From the NCBI GenBank assembly GCA_032718475.1, contig JAUCBJ010000363.1, positions 1-41,694 on the forward strand: a stretch of 41,694 nt of DNA, written 5' to 3'. Under the pieces are notes generated by a model. The model was not told the origin of the DNA. It saw only the letters and a program-made list of their open reading frames with translations, and searched no databases. Both the position numbers and the translations under genes were made by a program. This stretch comes from Nemertoderma westbladi (taxonomy: Eukaryota > Animalia > Xenacoelomorpha). The number at the start of each line of letters is the position of its first letter. The stretch's first letter is position 1. Of the stretch, positions 1 through 11,600 are shown in pieces.

Positions 1-49
1 TTAAGTATAATAATCAAATTTGTCGGTATAATGATAATATTATAAATAC

Positions 50-340
50 AATAACCTTACTTCGCCGTAGCTCGCCCCACAACTCATTAATGGCGCCCAT
101 ATGCTAAGGCTTCACTCGCTTCATGGCTCGCCCCATTTTTTCAATGTTGGAAAGGAATGAAGGGGACGTCGGGTGATGGTGGTAGTGGTAATGATGTTGT
201 GGGTGAGGAAGAACTCACTTCACGGCTCGCCCCCATAAGTCTGTGTTTATTTACCTTTTTTAGTTGTTGCGTCATAACCTTACTTCGGCGCTATCACTCA
301 CACTTCGACGCTATCACTCACTTCATGGCTCGCCCCATAG
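50..340. repeat. Short dispersed direct repeats, possibly a non-autonomous element remnant
   Basis: cttca(t/c)ggctcgccccat near 120, 217 and 321; ataaccttacttcg near 51 and 274. Confidence 0.6.
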
Positions 341-463
341 GTAGAATAATCAAATCATGTTAAAGACTTTTATAATAACAAACGTCTGCAACCCACTTAC
401 TATATTGGGTTTTACCTATTGCGGATGCACAATGGTAACCATAGTAACCATGGCGGGGTCAAG

Positions 464-671
464 AATGGTAACCATGGTAACCATAGTAAGTGGGTGGGGC
501 AACAATAGTAATCATAGTAAGTAGGCGGGGCACGCCTGCAAACTGGTCTTATACCGTGTATGTCACATATATACACAGTGGTGACATATGTTACATATGC
601 ACAATGGTAACCATGGTAACCATAGTAAGTGGGTGGGGCAACAATAGTAATCATAGTAAGTAGGCGGGGCA
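464..671. repeat. Two direct copies of a roughly 69-bp block
   Basis: aatggtaaccatggtaaccatagtaagtgggtggggcaacaatagtaatcatagtaagtaggcggggca at 464-532 and 603-671. Confidence 0.9.
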
Positions 672-725
672 AGAGCCGTTCGGCAAATTCTTTAACATGG
701 TAGACTATGGCAGACGCTGTCTCAA

Positions 726-2516
726 TCACGTTGTTATGCCTACTACTCCGGTGCTACTAACCTCCTCCGATAGGTGGGAGTCGATGTCCGTACCGATACT
801 ACTAACCTCATCCGATAGGTGGGAGTCGATGTCCGTACCGGTACTACTAACCCCATCCGATAGGTGGGAGTCGATGTCCGTACCGATACTACTAACCTCA
901 TCCGATAGGTGGGAGTCGATGTCCATACCGGTGCTACTAACCTCCTCCGATAGGTGGGAGTCGATGTCCGTACCGATACTACTAACCTCATCCGATAGGT
1001 GGGAGTCGATGTCCGTACCGGTACTACTAACCCCATCCGATAGGTGGGAGTCGATGTCCGTACCGGTGCTACTAACCTCCTCCGATAGGTGGGAGTCGAT
1101 GTCCGTACCGCTACTACTAACCTCCTCCGATAGGTGGGAGTCGATGTCCATACCGGTGCTACTAACCTCCTCCGATAGGTGGGAGTCGATGTCCATACCG
1201 GTGCTACTAACCTCATCCGATAGGAGGGAGTCGATGTCCGTACCGCAACTACTAACCTCCTCCGATAGGTGGGAGTCGATGTCCGTACCGGTACTACTAA
1301 CCTCCTCCGATAGGTGGGAGTCGATGTCCGTACCGGTACTACTAACCTCCTCCGATAGGTGGGAGTCAATGTCCGTACCGGTACTACTAACCTCCTCCGA
1401 TAGGTGGGAGTCGATGTCCGTACCGGTCCTACTAACCTCCTCCGATAGGTGGGAGTCGATGTCCGTACCGCTACTACTAACCTCCCCCGATAGGTGGGAG
1501 TCGATGTCCGTACTGGTACTACTAACCTCCTCCGATAGGTGGGAGTCGATGTCCGTACCGGTGCTACTAACCTCCTCCGATAGGTGGGAGTCGATGTCCG
1601 TACCGGTACTACTAACCTCCTCCGATAGGTGGGAGTCGATGTCCGTACCGAAACTACTAACCTCCTCCAATAGGTGGGAGTCGATGTCCGTACCGAAACT
1701 ACTAACCTCCTCCAATAGGTGGGAGTCGATGTCCGTACCGAAACTACTAACCTCCTCCAATAGGTGGGAGTCGATGTCCGTACCGCTACTACTAACCTCC
1801 TCCGATAGGTGGGAGTCGATGTCCGTACTGCTACTACTAACCTCCTCCGATAGGTGGGAGTCGATGTCCGTACCAGTACTACTAACCTCCTCCGATAGGT
1901 GGGAGTCAATGTCCGTACCGCAACTACTAACCTCCTCCGATAGGTGGGAGTCGATGTCCGTACCGCTACTACTAACCTCCTCCGATAGGTGGGAGTCGAT
2001 GTCCGTACCGAAACTACTAACCTCCTCCAATAGGTGGGAGTCGATGTCCGTACCGCTACTACTAACCTCCTCCGATAGGTGGGAGTCGATGTCCGTACTG
2101 CTACTACTAACCTCCTCCGATAGGTGGGAGTCGATGTCCGTACCAGTACTACTAACCTCCTCCGATAGGTGGGAGTCAATGTCCGTACCGCAACTACTAA
2201 CCTCCTCCGATAGGTGGGAGTCGATGTCCGTACCGCTACTACTAACCTCCTCCAATAGGTGGGAGTCGATGTCCGTACTGGTACTACTAACCTCCTCCGA
2301 TAGGAGGGAGTCGATGTCCGTACTGGTACTACTAACCTCCTCCGATAGGAGCGAGTCGATGTCCGTACCGCTACTACTAATCTCCTCCGATAGGAGGGAG
2401 TCGATGTCCGTACCGCTACTACTAATCTCCTCCGATAGGAGGGAGTCGATGTCCGTACCGGTACTACTAACCTCCTCCGATAGGTGGGAGTCGATGTCTG
2501 TACCGGTACTACTAAC
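726..2516 (-). other. Possible in-frame read-through of exon 4 as an acidic Ser/Thr-rich 15-aa repeat tail ending at TGA 726
   Basis: Same frame as exon 4 (2516-2255 = 87 codons to the annotated ORF) and no stops. It could equally be intronic if the GTTAGT donor at 2516 is used. Confidence 0.3.
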
Positions 2517-2523
2517 CTCCTCC
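748..2523. repeat. 45-bp minisatellite, about 39 units
   Basis: Consensus + strand ccggtactactaacctcctccgataggtgggagtcgatgtccgta. In the exon 4 frame it reads (EEVSSTGTDIDSHLS)n with no stop. Confidence 0.99.
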
Positions 2524-2659
2524 CGCGTCTCATCCTTGTCTCCACGAATTTTCAGTTTCCGTCTCAGCGGTGGTTTTCCATCGTCGACACGTTTTTTCGC
2601 TTTGTACTCCTCTAGAAGAACTTTCGTTTTCGCATCAACTTTAACAACAAGTTTCTTTC
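2517..2659 (-). CDS. RBM25: RBM25-like exon 4: end of RRM and charged linker
   Basis: Acceptor gttacag| at 2660 is phase 1 and joins exon 3 in frame to give GKKLVVKVDAKTKVLLEEYKAKKRVDDGKPPLRRKLKIRGDKDETREE (cf. RBM25 EKKLLVKVDAKTKAQLDEWKAKK). The 3' end is placed at candidate donor GAG|GTTAGT. If that donor is unused, the frame runs through the 45-bp repeat to TGA at 726-728. Confidence 0.9.
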
Positions 2660-5600
2660 CTGTAACAATAATATGAAATATTGATGTAAGTGTGAGTAAT
2701 CGAAATATTCTGGACGATGATGAAAATGTGTAACTTGTTCGTTTCGTTGATTATTAGCAGTTTACACACAGTGTAAATTAAATCTACTGTATTTATGTTA
2801 GTTGTGTGTGTGTTACGTAGGTCGTAGGTACTGTAGGTAGATCTGGAGAGGGCTCTTTCCGCCAATCATCAGCTGTGCTGCCTCATAATTTTACTTTGGA
2901 GTTTCATGCAATAAAATAAATTATAATAATAATAATAAAAGTTCCCACCCAGTGTGTATTATTGTATCACGGGCGTAGCGTAGCCAGGATTTATCTTGGG
3001 AAGGGCCAAACTTTTAGATATATTTCGTTGTTACCTTTCAATGTGCTATAAACTATAATAAAATTCTAATATAATATCATTCAGCACATGGATAATTCAA
3101 CCAGTTAAGTTTATAGTTAGTGTACGAGTTCAGCCGGAAGTATCATCTGTAACCAGAAGTCACGCATCCCTACATTTGAGTTCGTCATCCACGGTTATGG
3201 CACAATCCACTACGTCATTAGAACTGCCTGGCCAGATTGTAGCCCCGTAACCCTGCACCATCACCAAACCCTAGGCCATGCCAAGGTCGTCGACCCCCTC
3301 ACAGGCAGAGGGAGCTGGAGTGAAGGACTGCGAAGAGCAATCAACGCCGAATGCCCCCCAATACACACGCGAGACCCCTGTCACGCATGCCATCCCGCTT
3401 AGTGACAAGCGTTTCTGCGAGATGGCGGATTAGAATCTGGGTCTCGGTGCACCAGATGCCATCGGTGGTCGAACGGTTGGTTTGAGTGTACGAAGTCGCG
3501 TCCGCGTTAATAACGGCTATGTCAAATGAAGCGACTCGTTGGTTCACCCAGACCCCCCATGCAACCAGGTCTGCCCACACTCCCCCCACCTCACGGCCCT
3601 CTCTGGTCTCTGTCCAGGTGCCCCCGGGAGAGGGTCACCTCGCGCTCCACGCTGGAGCTGCCGACCACATCGGCGATGAGGTCCCCAAAGACCTCCCGCA
3701 CCTCATCATGGCGCTTAATAATCAACCCGCCAGACTTGCAGCTTAGAGCATTTGAGGTGGAAAATGCATCTCCACAACCTTCGCACTTCGCTGAAAGACC
3801 CGGCGGGGTGAGACCATACCTCAGGGCCAGTCCGTCCCGAAATTCATCAGGACTCAGATCTGTGTGATCTAGGGTGGATGGCTGTGCGTAAGCCATCCTC
3901 CGATCTTGTGGGATACAGCACGTTGGACAGTTCGTTAGCAGGCTGGTGAGAGCGCTGAGACTGCTGCCTCCTCTGTTGTAGAGTGTATTTGACAGCCTGC
4001 ACCATGGATTGCTCCTTGATTGCCTCCCGTAGATGCTGTTCGTGGTCGGTCACTTGAAGGGGTTGTCCAGTGCTATAAACTTGGTAATTTACGAATAGTT
4101 AGTGCACAGGATGTATTACCATCGACTGGACATGGTAGTACTCACCCCATTTACAAGCCTTTTTACACTAATAATCTCCATTTGGTCGCCATAATACATA
4201 GCCCTCAAAGGAGCAAGGAGCTAAACCTACGGATCGCTCATTAACTTACCGGCTACAGTAAAGTCGTGTAGTAAACGGATCGCTCGTTAACTTACCGGCT
4301 ACAGTAAAGTCGTGTAGTAAACGGATCGCTCGTTAACTTACCGGCTACAGTAAAGTCGTGTAGTAAACGGATCGCTCGTTAACTTACCGGCTACAGTAAA
4401 GTCGTGTAGTAAACGGATCGCTCGTTAACTTACCGGCTACAGTAAAGTCGTGTAGTAAACGGATCGCTCGTTAACTTACCGGCTACAGTAAAGTCGTGTA
4501 GTAAACGGATCGCTCGTTAACTTACCGGCTACAGTAAAGTCGTGTAGTAAACGGATCGCTCGTTAACTTACCGGTTACAGTAAAGTCGTGTAGTAAACGG
4601 ATCGCTCGTTAACTTACCGGCTACAGTAAAGTCGTGTAGTAAACGGATCGCTCGTTAACTTACCGGCTACAGTAAAGTCGTGTAGTAAACGGATCGCTCG
4701 TTAACTTACCGGCTACAGTAAAGTCGTGTAGTAAACGGATCGCTCGTTAACTTACCGGCTACAGTAAAGTCGTGTAGTAAACGGATCGCTCGTTAACTTA
4801 CCGGCTACAGTAAAGTCGTGTAGTAAACGGATCGCTCGTTAACTTACCGGCTACAGTAAAGTCGTGTAGTAAACGGATCGCTCGTTAACTTACCGGTTAC
4901 AGTAAAGTCGTGTAGTAAACGGATCGCTCGTTAACTTACCGGTTACAGTAAAGTCGTGTAGTAAACGGATCGCTCGTTAACTTACCGGCTACAGTAAAGT
5001 CGTGTAGTAAACGGATCGCTCGTTAACTTACCGGCTACAGTAAAGTCGTGTAGTAAACGGATCGCTCGTTAACTTACCGGCTACAGTAAAGTCGTGTAGT
5101 AAACGGATCGCTCGTTAACTTACCGGCTACAGTAAAGTCGTGTAGTAAACGGATCGCTCGTTAACTTACCGGCTACAGTAAAGTCGTGTAGTAAACGGAT
5201 CGCTCGTTAACTTACCGGCTACAGTAAAGTCGTGTAGTAAACGGATCGCTCGTTAACTTACCGGCTACAGTAAAGTCGTGTAGTAAACGGATCGCTCGTT
5301 AACTTACCGGCTACAGTAAAGTCGTGTAGTAAACGGATCGCTCGTTAACTTACCGGCTACAGTAAAGCCGTTCAGTAAACGGATCGCTCGTTAACTTACC
5401 GGCTACAGTAAAGCCGTTCAGTAAACGGATCGCTCGTTAACTTACCGGCTACAGTAAAGTCGTGTAGTAAACGGATCGCTCGTTAACTTACCGACTACAG
5501 TAAAGCCGTGTAGTAAACGGATCGCTCGTTAACTTACCGGCTACAGTAAAGACGTGTAGTAAACGGATCGCTCGTTAACTTACCGGCTACAGTAAAGTCG

Positions 5601-8600
5601 TGTAGTAAACGGATCGCTCGTTAACTTACCGGTTACAGTAAAGTCGTGTAGTAAACGGATCGCTCGTTAACTTACCGGCTACAGTAAAGCCGTGTAGTAA
5701 ACGGATCGCTCATTAACTTACCGGCTACAGTAAAGCCGTGTAGTAAACGGATCGCTCGTTAACTTACCGGCTACAGTAAAGCCATGTAGTAAACGGATCG
5801 CTCGTTAACTTACCGGTTACAGTAAAGTCGTGTAGTAAACGGATCGCTCGTTAACTTACCGGCTACAGTAAAGCCGTGTAGTAAACGGATCGCTCATTAA
5901 CTTACCGGCTACAGTAAAGCCGTGTAGTAAACGGATCGCTCGTTAACTTACCGGCTACAGTAAAGCCGTGTAGTAAACGGATCGCTCGTTAACTTACCGG
6001 CTACAGTAAAGCCGTGTAGTAAACGGATCGCTCGTTAACTTACCGGCTACAGTAAAGCCGTGTAGTAAACGGATCGCTCGTTAACTTACCGGTTACAGTA
6101 AAGTCGTGTAGTAAACGGATCGCTCGTTAACTTACCGGCTACAGTAAAGCCGTGTAGTAAACGGATCGCTCGTTAACTTAGCGGCTACAGTAAAGCCGTG
6201 TAGTAAACGGATCGCTCGTTAACTTAGCGGCTACAGTAAAGTCGTGTAGTAAACGGATCGCTCGTTAACTTACCGACTACAGTAAAGTCGTGTAGTAAAC
6301 GGATCGCTCGTTAACTTACCGGCTACAGTAAAGCCGTGTAGTAAACGGATCGCTCATTAACTTACCGGTAAAGTCGTGTAGTAAACGGATCGCTCGTTAA
6401 CTTACCGGCTACAGTAAAGTCATGTAGTAAACGGATCGCTCGTTAACTTACCGGCTACAGTAAAGTCGTGTAGTAAACGGATCGCTCGTTAACTTACCGA
6501 CTACAGTAAAGTCGTGTAGTAAACGGATCGCTCGTTAACTTACCGGCTACAGTAAAGCCGTGTAGTAAACGGATCGCTCGTTAACTTACCGGCTACAGTA
6601 AAGTCGGGTAGTAAACGGATCGCTCGTTAACTTACCGGCTACAGTAAAGTCGTGTAGTAAACGGATCGCTCGTTAACTTACCGGCTACAGTAAAGTCGGG
6701 TAGTAAACGGATCGCTCGTTAACTTACCGGCTACAGTAAAGCCATGTAGTAAACGGATCGCTCGTTAACTTACCGGCTACAGTAAAGCCATGTAGTAAAC
6801 GGATCGCTCGTTAACTTACCGGCTACAGTAAAGCCGTGTAGTAAACGGATCGCTCGTTAACTTACCGGCTACAGTAAAGCCATGTAGTAAACGGATCGCT
6901 CGTTAACTTACCGGCTACAGTAAAGCCATGTAGTAAACGGATCGCTCGTTAACTTACCGGCTACAGTAAAGTCGGGTAGTAAACGGATCGCTCGTTAACT
7001 TACCGGCTACAGTAAAGCCATGTAGTAAACGGATCGCTCATTAACTTACCGGTAAAGTCGTGTAGTAAACGGATCGCTCGTTAACTTACCGGCTACAGTA
7101 AAGCCATGTAGTAAACGGATCGCTCGTTAACTTACCGGCTACAGTAAAGCCATGTAGTAAACGGATCGCTCGTTAACTTACCGGCTACAGTAAAGCCGTG
7201 TAGTAAACGGATCGCTCGTTAACTTACCGGCTACAGTAAAGTCGTGTAGTAAACGGATCGCTCGTTAACTTACCGACTACAGTAAAGTCGTGTAGTAAAC
7301 GGATCGCTCGTTAACTTACCGGCTACAGTAAAGTCGTGTAGTAAACGGATCGCTCGTTAACTTACCGGCTACAGTAAAGTCGTGTAGTAAACGGATCGCT
7401 CGTTAACTTACCGGTTACAGTAAAGTCGTGTAGTAAACGGATCGCTCGTTAACTTACCGGCTACAGTAAAGTCGTGTAGTAAACGGATCGCTCGTTAACT
7501 TACCGGCTACAGTAAAGTCGTGTAGTAAACGGATCGCTCGTTAACTTACCGGCTACAGTAAAGTCGTGTAGTAAACGGATCGCTCGTTAACTTACCGGCT
7601 ACAGTAAAGTCGTGTAGTAAACGGATCGCTCATTAACTTACCGGTAAAGTCGTGTAGTAAACGGATCGCTCGTTAACTTACCGGCTACAGTAAAGTCATG
7701 TAGTAAACGGATCGCTCGTTAACTTACCGGCTACAGTAAAGTCGTGTAGTAAACGGATCGCTCGTTAACTTACCGACTACAGTAAAGTCGTGTAGTAAAC
7801 GGATCGCTCGTTAACTTACCGGCTACAGTAAAGTCGTGTAGTAAACGGATCGCTCGTTAACTTACCGGCTACAGTAAAGCCGTGTAGTAAACGGATCGCT
7901 CGTTAACTTACCGGCTACAGTAAAGTCGTGTAGTAAACGGATCGCTCGTTAACTTACCGGCTACAGTAAAGTCGTGTAGTAAACGGATCGCTCGTTAACT
8001 TACCGGCTACAGTAAAGTCGTGTAGTAAACGGATCGCTCGTTAACTTACCGGCTACAGTAAAGTCGTGTAGTAAACGGATCGCTCGTTAACTTACCGGCT
8101 ACAGTAAAGCCGTGTAGTAAACGGATCGCTCGTTAACTTACCGGCTACAGTAAAGTCGTGTAGTAAACGGATCGCTCGTTAACTTACCGGCTACAGTAAA
8201 GCCGTGTAGTAAATGGATCGCTCGGTAACTCACCGGTAAAGCCGTGTAGTAAACGGATCGCTCGTTAACTTACCGGCTACAGTAAAGTCGTGTAGTAAAC
8301 GGATCGCTCGTTAACTTACCGGCTACAGTAAAGTCGTGTAGTAAACGGATCGCTCGTTAACTTACCGGTAAAGTCGTGTAGTAAACGGATCGCTCGTTAA
8401 CTTACCGGCTACAGTAAAGCCGTGTAGTAAACGGATCGCTCGTTAACTTACCGGCTACAGTAAAGTCGTGTAGTAAACGGATCGCTCGTTAACTTACCGG
8501 CTACAGTAAAGTCGTGTAGTAAACGGATCGCTCGTTAACTTACCGGCTACAGTAAAGCCGTGTAGTAAACGGATCGCTCGTTAACTTACCGGCTACAGTA

Positions 8601-11600
8601 AAGCCGTGTAGTAAATGGATCGCTCGGTAACTCACCGGTAAAGCCGTGTAGTAAACGGATCGCTTGTTAACTTACCGGCTACAGTAAAGCCGTGTAGTAA
8701 ACGGATCGCTCGTTAACTTACCGGCTACAGTAAAGTCGTGTAGTAAACGGATCGCTCGTTAACTTACCGGCTACAGTAAAGCCGTGTAGTAAACGGATCG
8801 CTCGTTAACTTACCGGCTACAGTAAAGTCGTGTAGCAAACGGATCGCTCATTAACTTACCGGCTACAGTAAAGCCGTGTAGTAAACGGATCGCTCGTTAA
8901 CTTACCGGCTACAGTAAAGTCGTGTAGTAAACGGATCGCTCGTTAACTTACCGGCTACAGTAAAGCCGTGTAGTAAACGGATCGCTCGTTAACTTACCGG
9001 CTACAGTAAAGCCGTGTAGTAAACGGATCGCTCGTTAACTTACCGGCTACAGTAAAGCCGTGTAGTAAACGGATCGCTCGTTAACTTACCGGCTACAGTA
9101 AAGCCGTGTAGTAAACGGATCGCTCGGTAACTTACCGGCTACAGTAAAGTCGTGTAGTAAACGGATCGCTCGTTAACTTACCGGCTACAGTAAAGTCGTG
9201 TAGTAAACGGATCGCTCGTTAACTTACCGGCTACAGTAAAGCCGTGTAGTAAACGGATCGCTCGGTAACTTACCGGCTACAGTAAAGTCGTGTAGTAAAC
9301 GGATCGCTCGTTAACTTACCGGCTACAGTAAAGCCGTGTAGTAAACGGATCGCTCGTTAACTTACCGGCTACAGTAAAGCCGTGTAGTAAACGGATCGCT
9401 CGGTAACTTACCGGCTACAGTAAAGTCGTGTAGTAAACGGATCGCTCGTTAACTTACCGGCTACAGTAAAGTCGTGTAGTAAACGGATCGCTCATTAACT
9501 TACCGGCTACAGTAAAGCCGTGTAGTAAACGGATCGCTCGTTAACTTACCGGCTACAGTAAAGTCGTGTAGTAAACGGATCGCTCATTAACTTACCGGCT
9601 ACAGTAAAGCCGTGTAGTAAACGGATCGCTCGTTAACTTACCGGCTACAGTAAAGCCGTGTAGTAAACGGATCGCTCGGTAACTTACCGGTACAGTAAAG
9701 TCGTGTAGTAAACGGATCGCTCGTTAACTTACCGGCTACAGTAAAGTCGTGTAGTAAACGGATCGCTCATTAACTTACCGGCTACAGTAAAGTCGTGTAG
9801 TAAACGGATCGCTCGGTAACTTACCGGCTACAGTAAAGTCGTGTAGTAAACGGATCGCTCGTTAACTTACCGGCTACAGTAAAGTCGTGTAGTAAACGGA
9901 TCGCTCGTTAACTTACCGGCTACAGTAAAGTCGTGTAGTAAACGGATCGCTCATTAACTTACCGGCTACAGTAAAGCCGTGTAGTAAACGGATCGCTTGT
10001 TAACTTACCGGCTACAGTAAAGCCGTGTAGTAAACGGATCGCTCGTTAACTTACCGGCTACAGTAAAGCCGTGTAGTAAACGGATCGCTCATTAACTTAC
10101 CGGTAAAGCCGTGTAGTAAATGGATCGCTCGGTAACTCACCGGTAAAGCCGTGTAGTAAACGGATCGCTCGTTAACTTACCGGCTACAGTAAAGTCGTGT
10201 AGTAAACGGATCGCTCGTTAACTTACCGGTAAAGTCGTGTAGTAAACGGATCGCTCGTTAACTTACCGGCTACAGTAAAGCCGTGTAGTAAACGGATCGC
10301 TCGTTAACTTACCGGCTACAGTAAAGTCGTGTAGTAAACGGATCGCTTGTTAACTTACCGGCTACAGTAAAGCCGTGTAGTAAACGGATCGCTCGTTAAC
10401 TTACCGGCTACAGTAAAGCCGTGTAGTAAACGGATCGCTCATTAACTTACCGGTAAAGCCGTGTAGTAAACGGATCGCTCATTAACTTACCGGCTACAGT
10501 AAAGTCGTGTAGTAAACGGATCGCTCGTTAACTTACCGGCTACAGTAAAGCCGTGTAGTAAACGGATCGCTCATTAACTTACCGGCTACAGTAAAGTCGT
10601 GTAGTAAACGGATCGCTCGTTAACTTACCGGTTACAGTAAAGTCGTGTAGTAAACGGATCGCTCGTTAACTTACCGGCTACAGTAAAGCCGTGTAGTAAA
10701 CGGATCGCTCGTTAACTTACCGGCTACAGTAAAGTCGTGTAGTAAACGGATCGCTTGTTAACTTACCGGCTACAGTAAAGCCGTGTAGTAAACGGATCGC
10801 TCGTTAACTTACCGGCTACAGTAAAGCCGTGTAGTAAACGGATCGCTCATTAACTTACCGGTAAAGCCGTGTAGTAAACGGATCGCTCATTAACTTACCG
10901 GCTACAGTAAAGTCGTGTAGTAAACGGATCGCTCGTTAACTTACCGGCTACAGTAAAGCCGTGTAGTAAACGGATCGCTCATTAACTTACCGGCTACAGT
11001 AAAGTCGTGTAGTAAACGGATCGCTCGTTAACTTACCGGTTACAGTAAAGTCGTGTAGTAAACGGATCGCTCGTTAACTTACCGGCTACAGTAAAGCCGT
11101 GTAGTAAACGGATCGCTCATTAACTTACCGGCTACAGTAAAGCCGTGTAGTAAACGGATCGCTCGTTAACTTACCGGCTACAGTAAAGCCATGTAGTAAA
11201 CGGATCGCTCGTTAACTTACCGGTTACAGTAAAGTCGTGTAGTAAACGGATCGCTCGTTAACTTACCGGCTACAGTAAAGCCGTGTAGTAAACGGATCGC
11301 TCATTAACTTACCGGCTACAGTAAAGCCGTGTAGTAAACGGATCGCTCGTTAACTTACCGGCTACAGTAAAGCCGTGTAGTAAACGGATCGCTCGTTAAC
11401 TTACCGGCTACAGTAAAGCCGTGTAGTAAACGGATCGCTCGTTAACTTACCGGCTACAGTAAAGCCGTGTAGTAAACGGATCGCTCGTTAACTTACCGGT
11501 TACAGTAAAGTCGTGTAGTAAACGGATCGCTCGTTAACTTACCGGCTACAGTAAAGCCGTGTAGTAAACGGATCGCTCGTTAACTTAGCGGCTACAGTAA

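Noticed and set aside
743-2545. 600-aa Arg-rich minus-strand ORF
   Set aside because: Alternative frame of the same repeat, out of frame with the RBM25-homologous exon.
697-2676. 659-aa plus-strand ORF as a gene
   Set aside because: Antisense shadow of exon 4 and the 45-bp repeat; open because the unit is a multiple of 3 and lacks stops.
2968-3012. gggcgtagc...ccaggattt resembling a DNA-transposon terminus
   Set aside because: Too short, and no partner end found.
3486-3867. Plus-strand ORFs of 86 and 113 aa
   Set aside because: Antisense to the CRE-like fragment.
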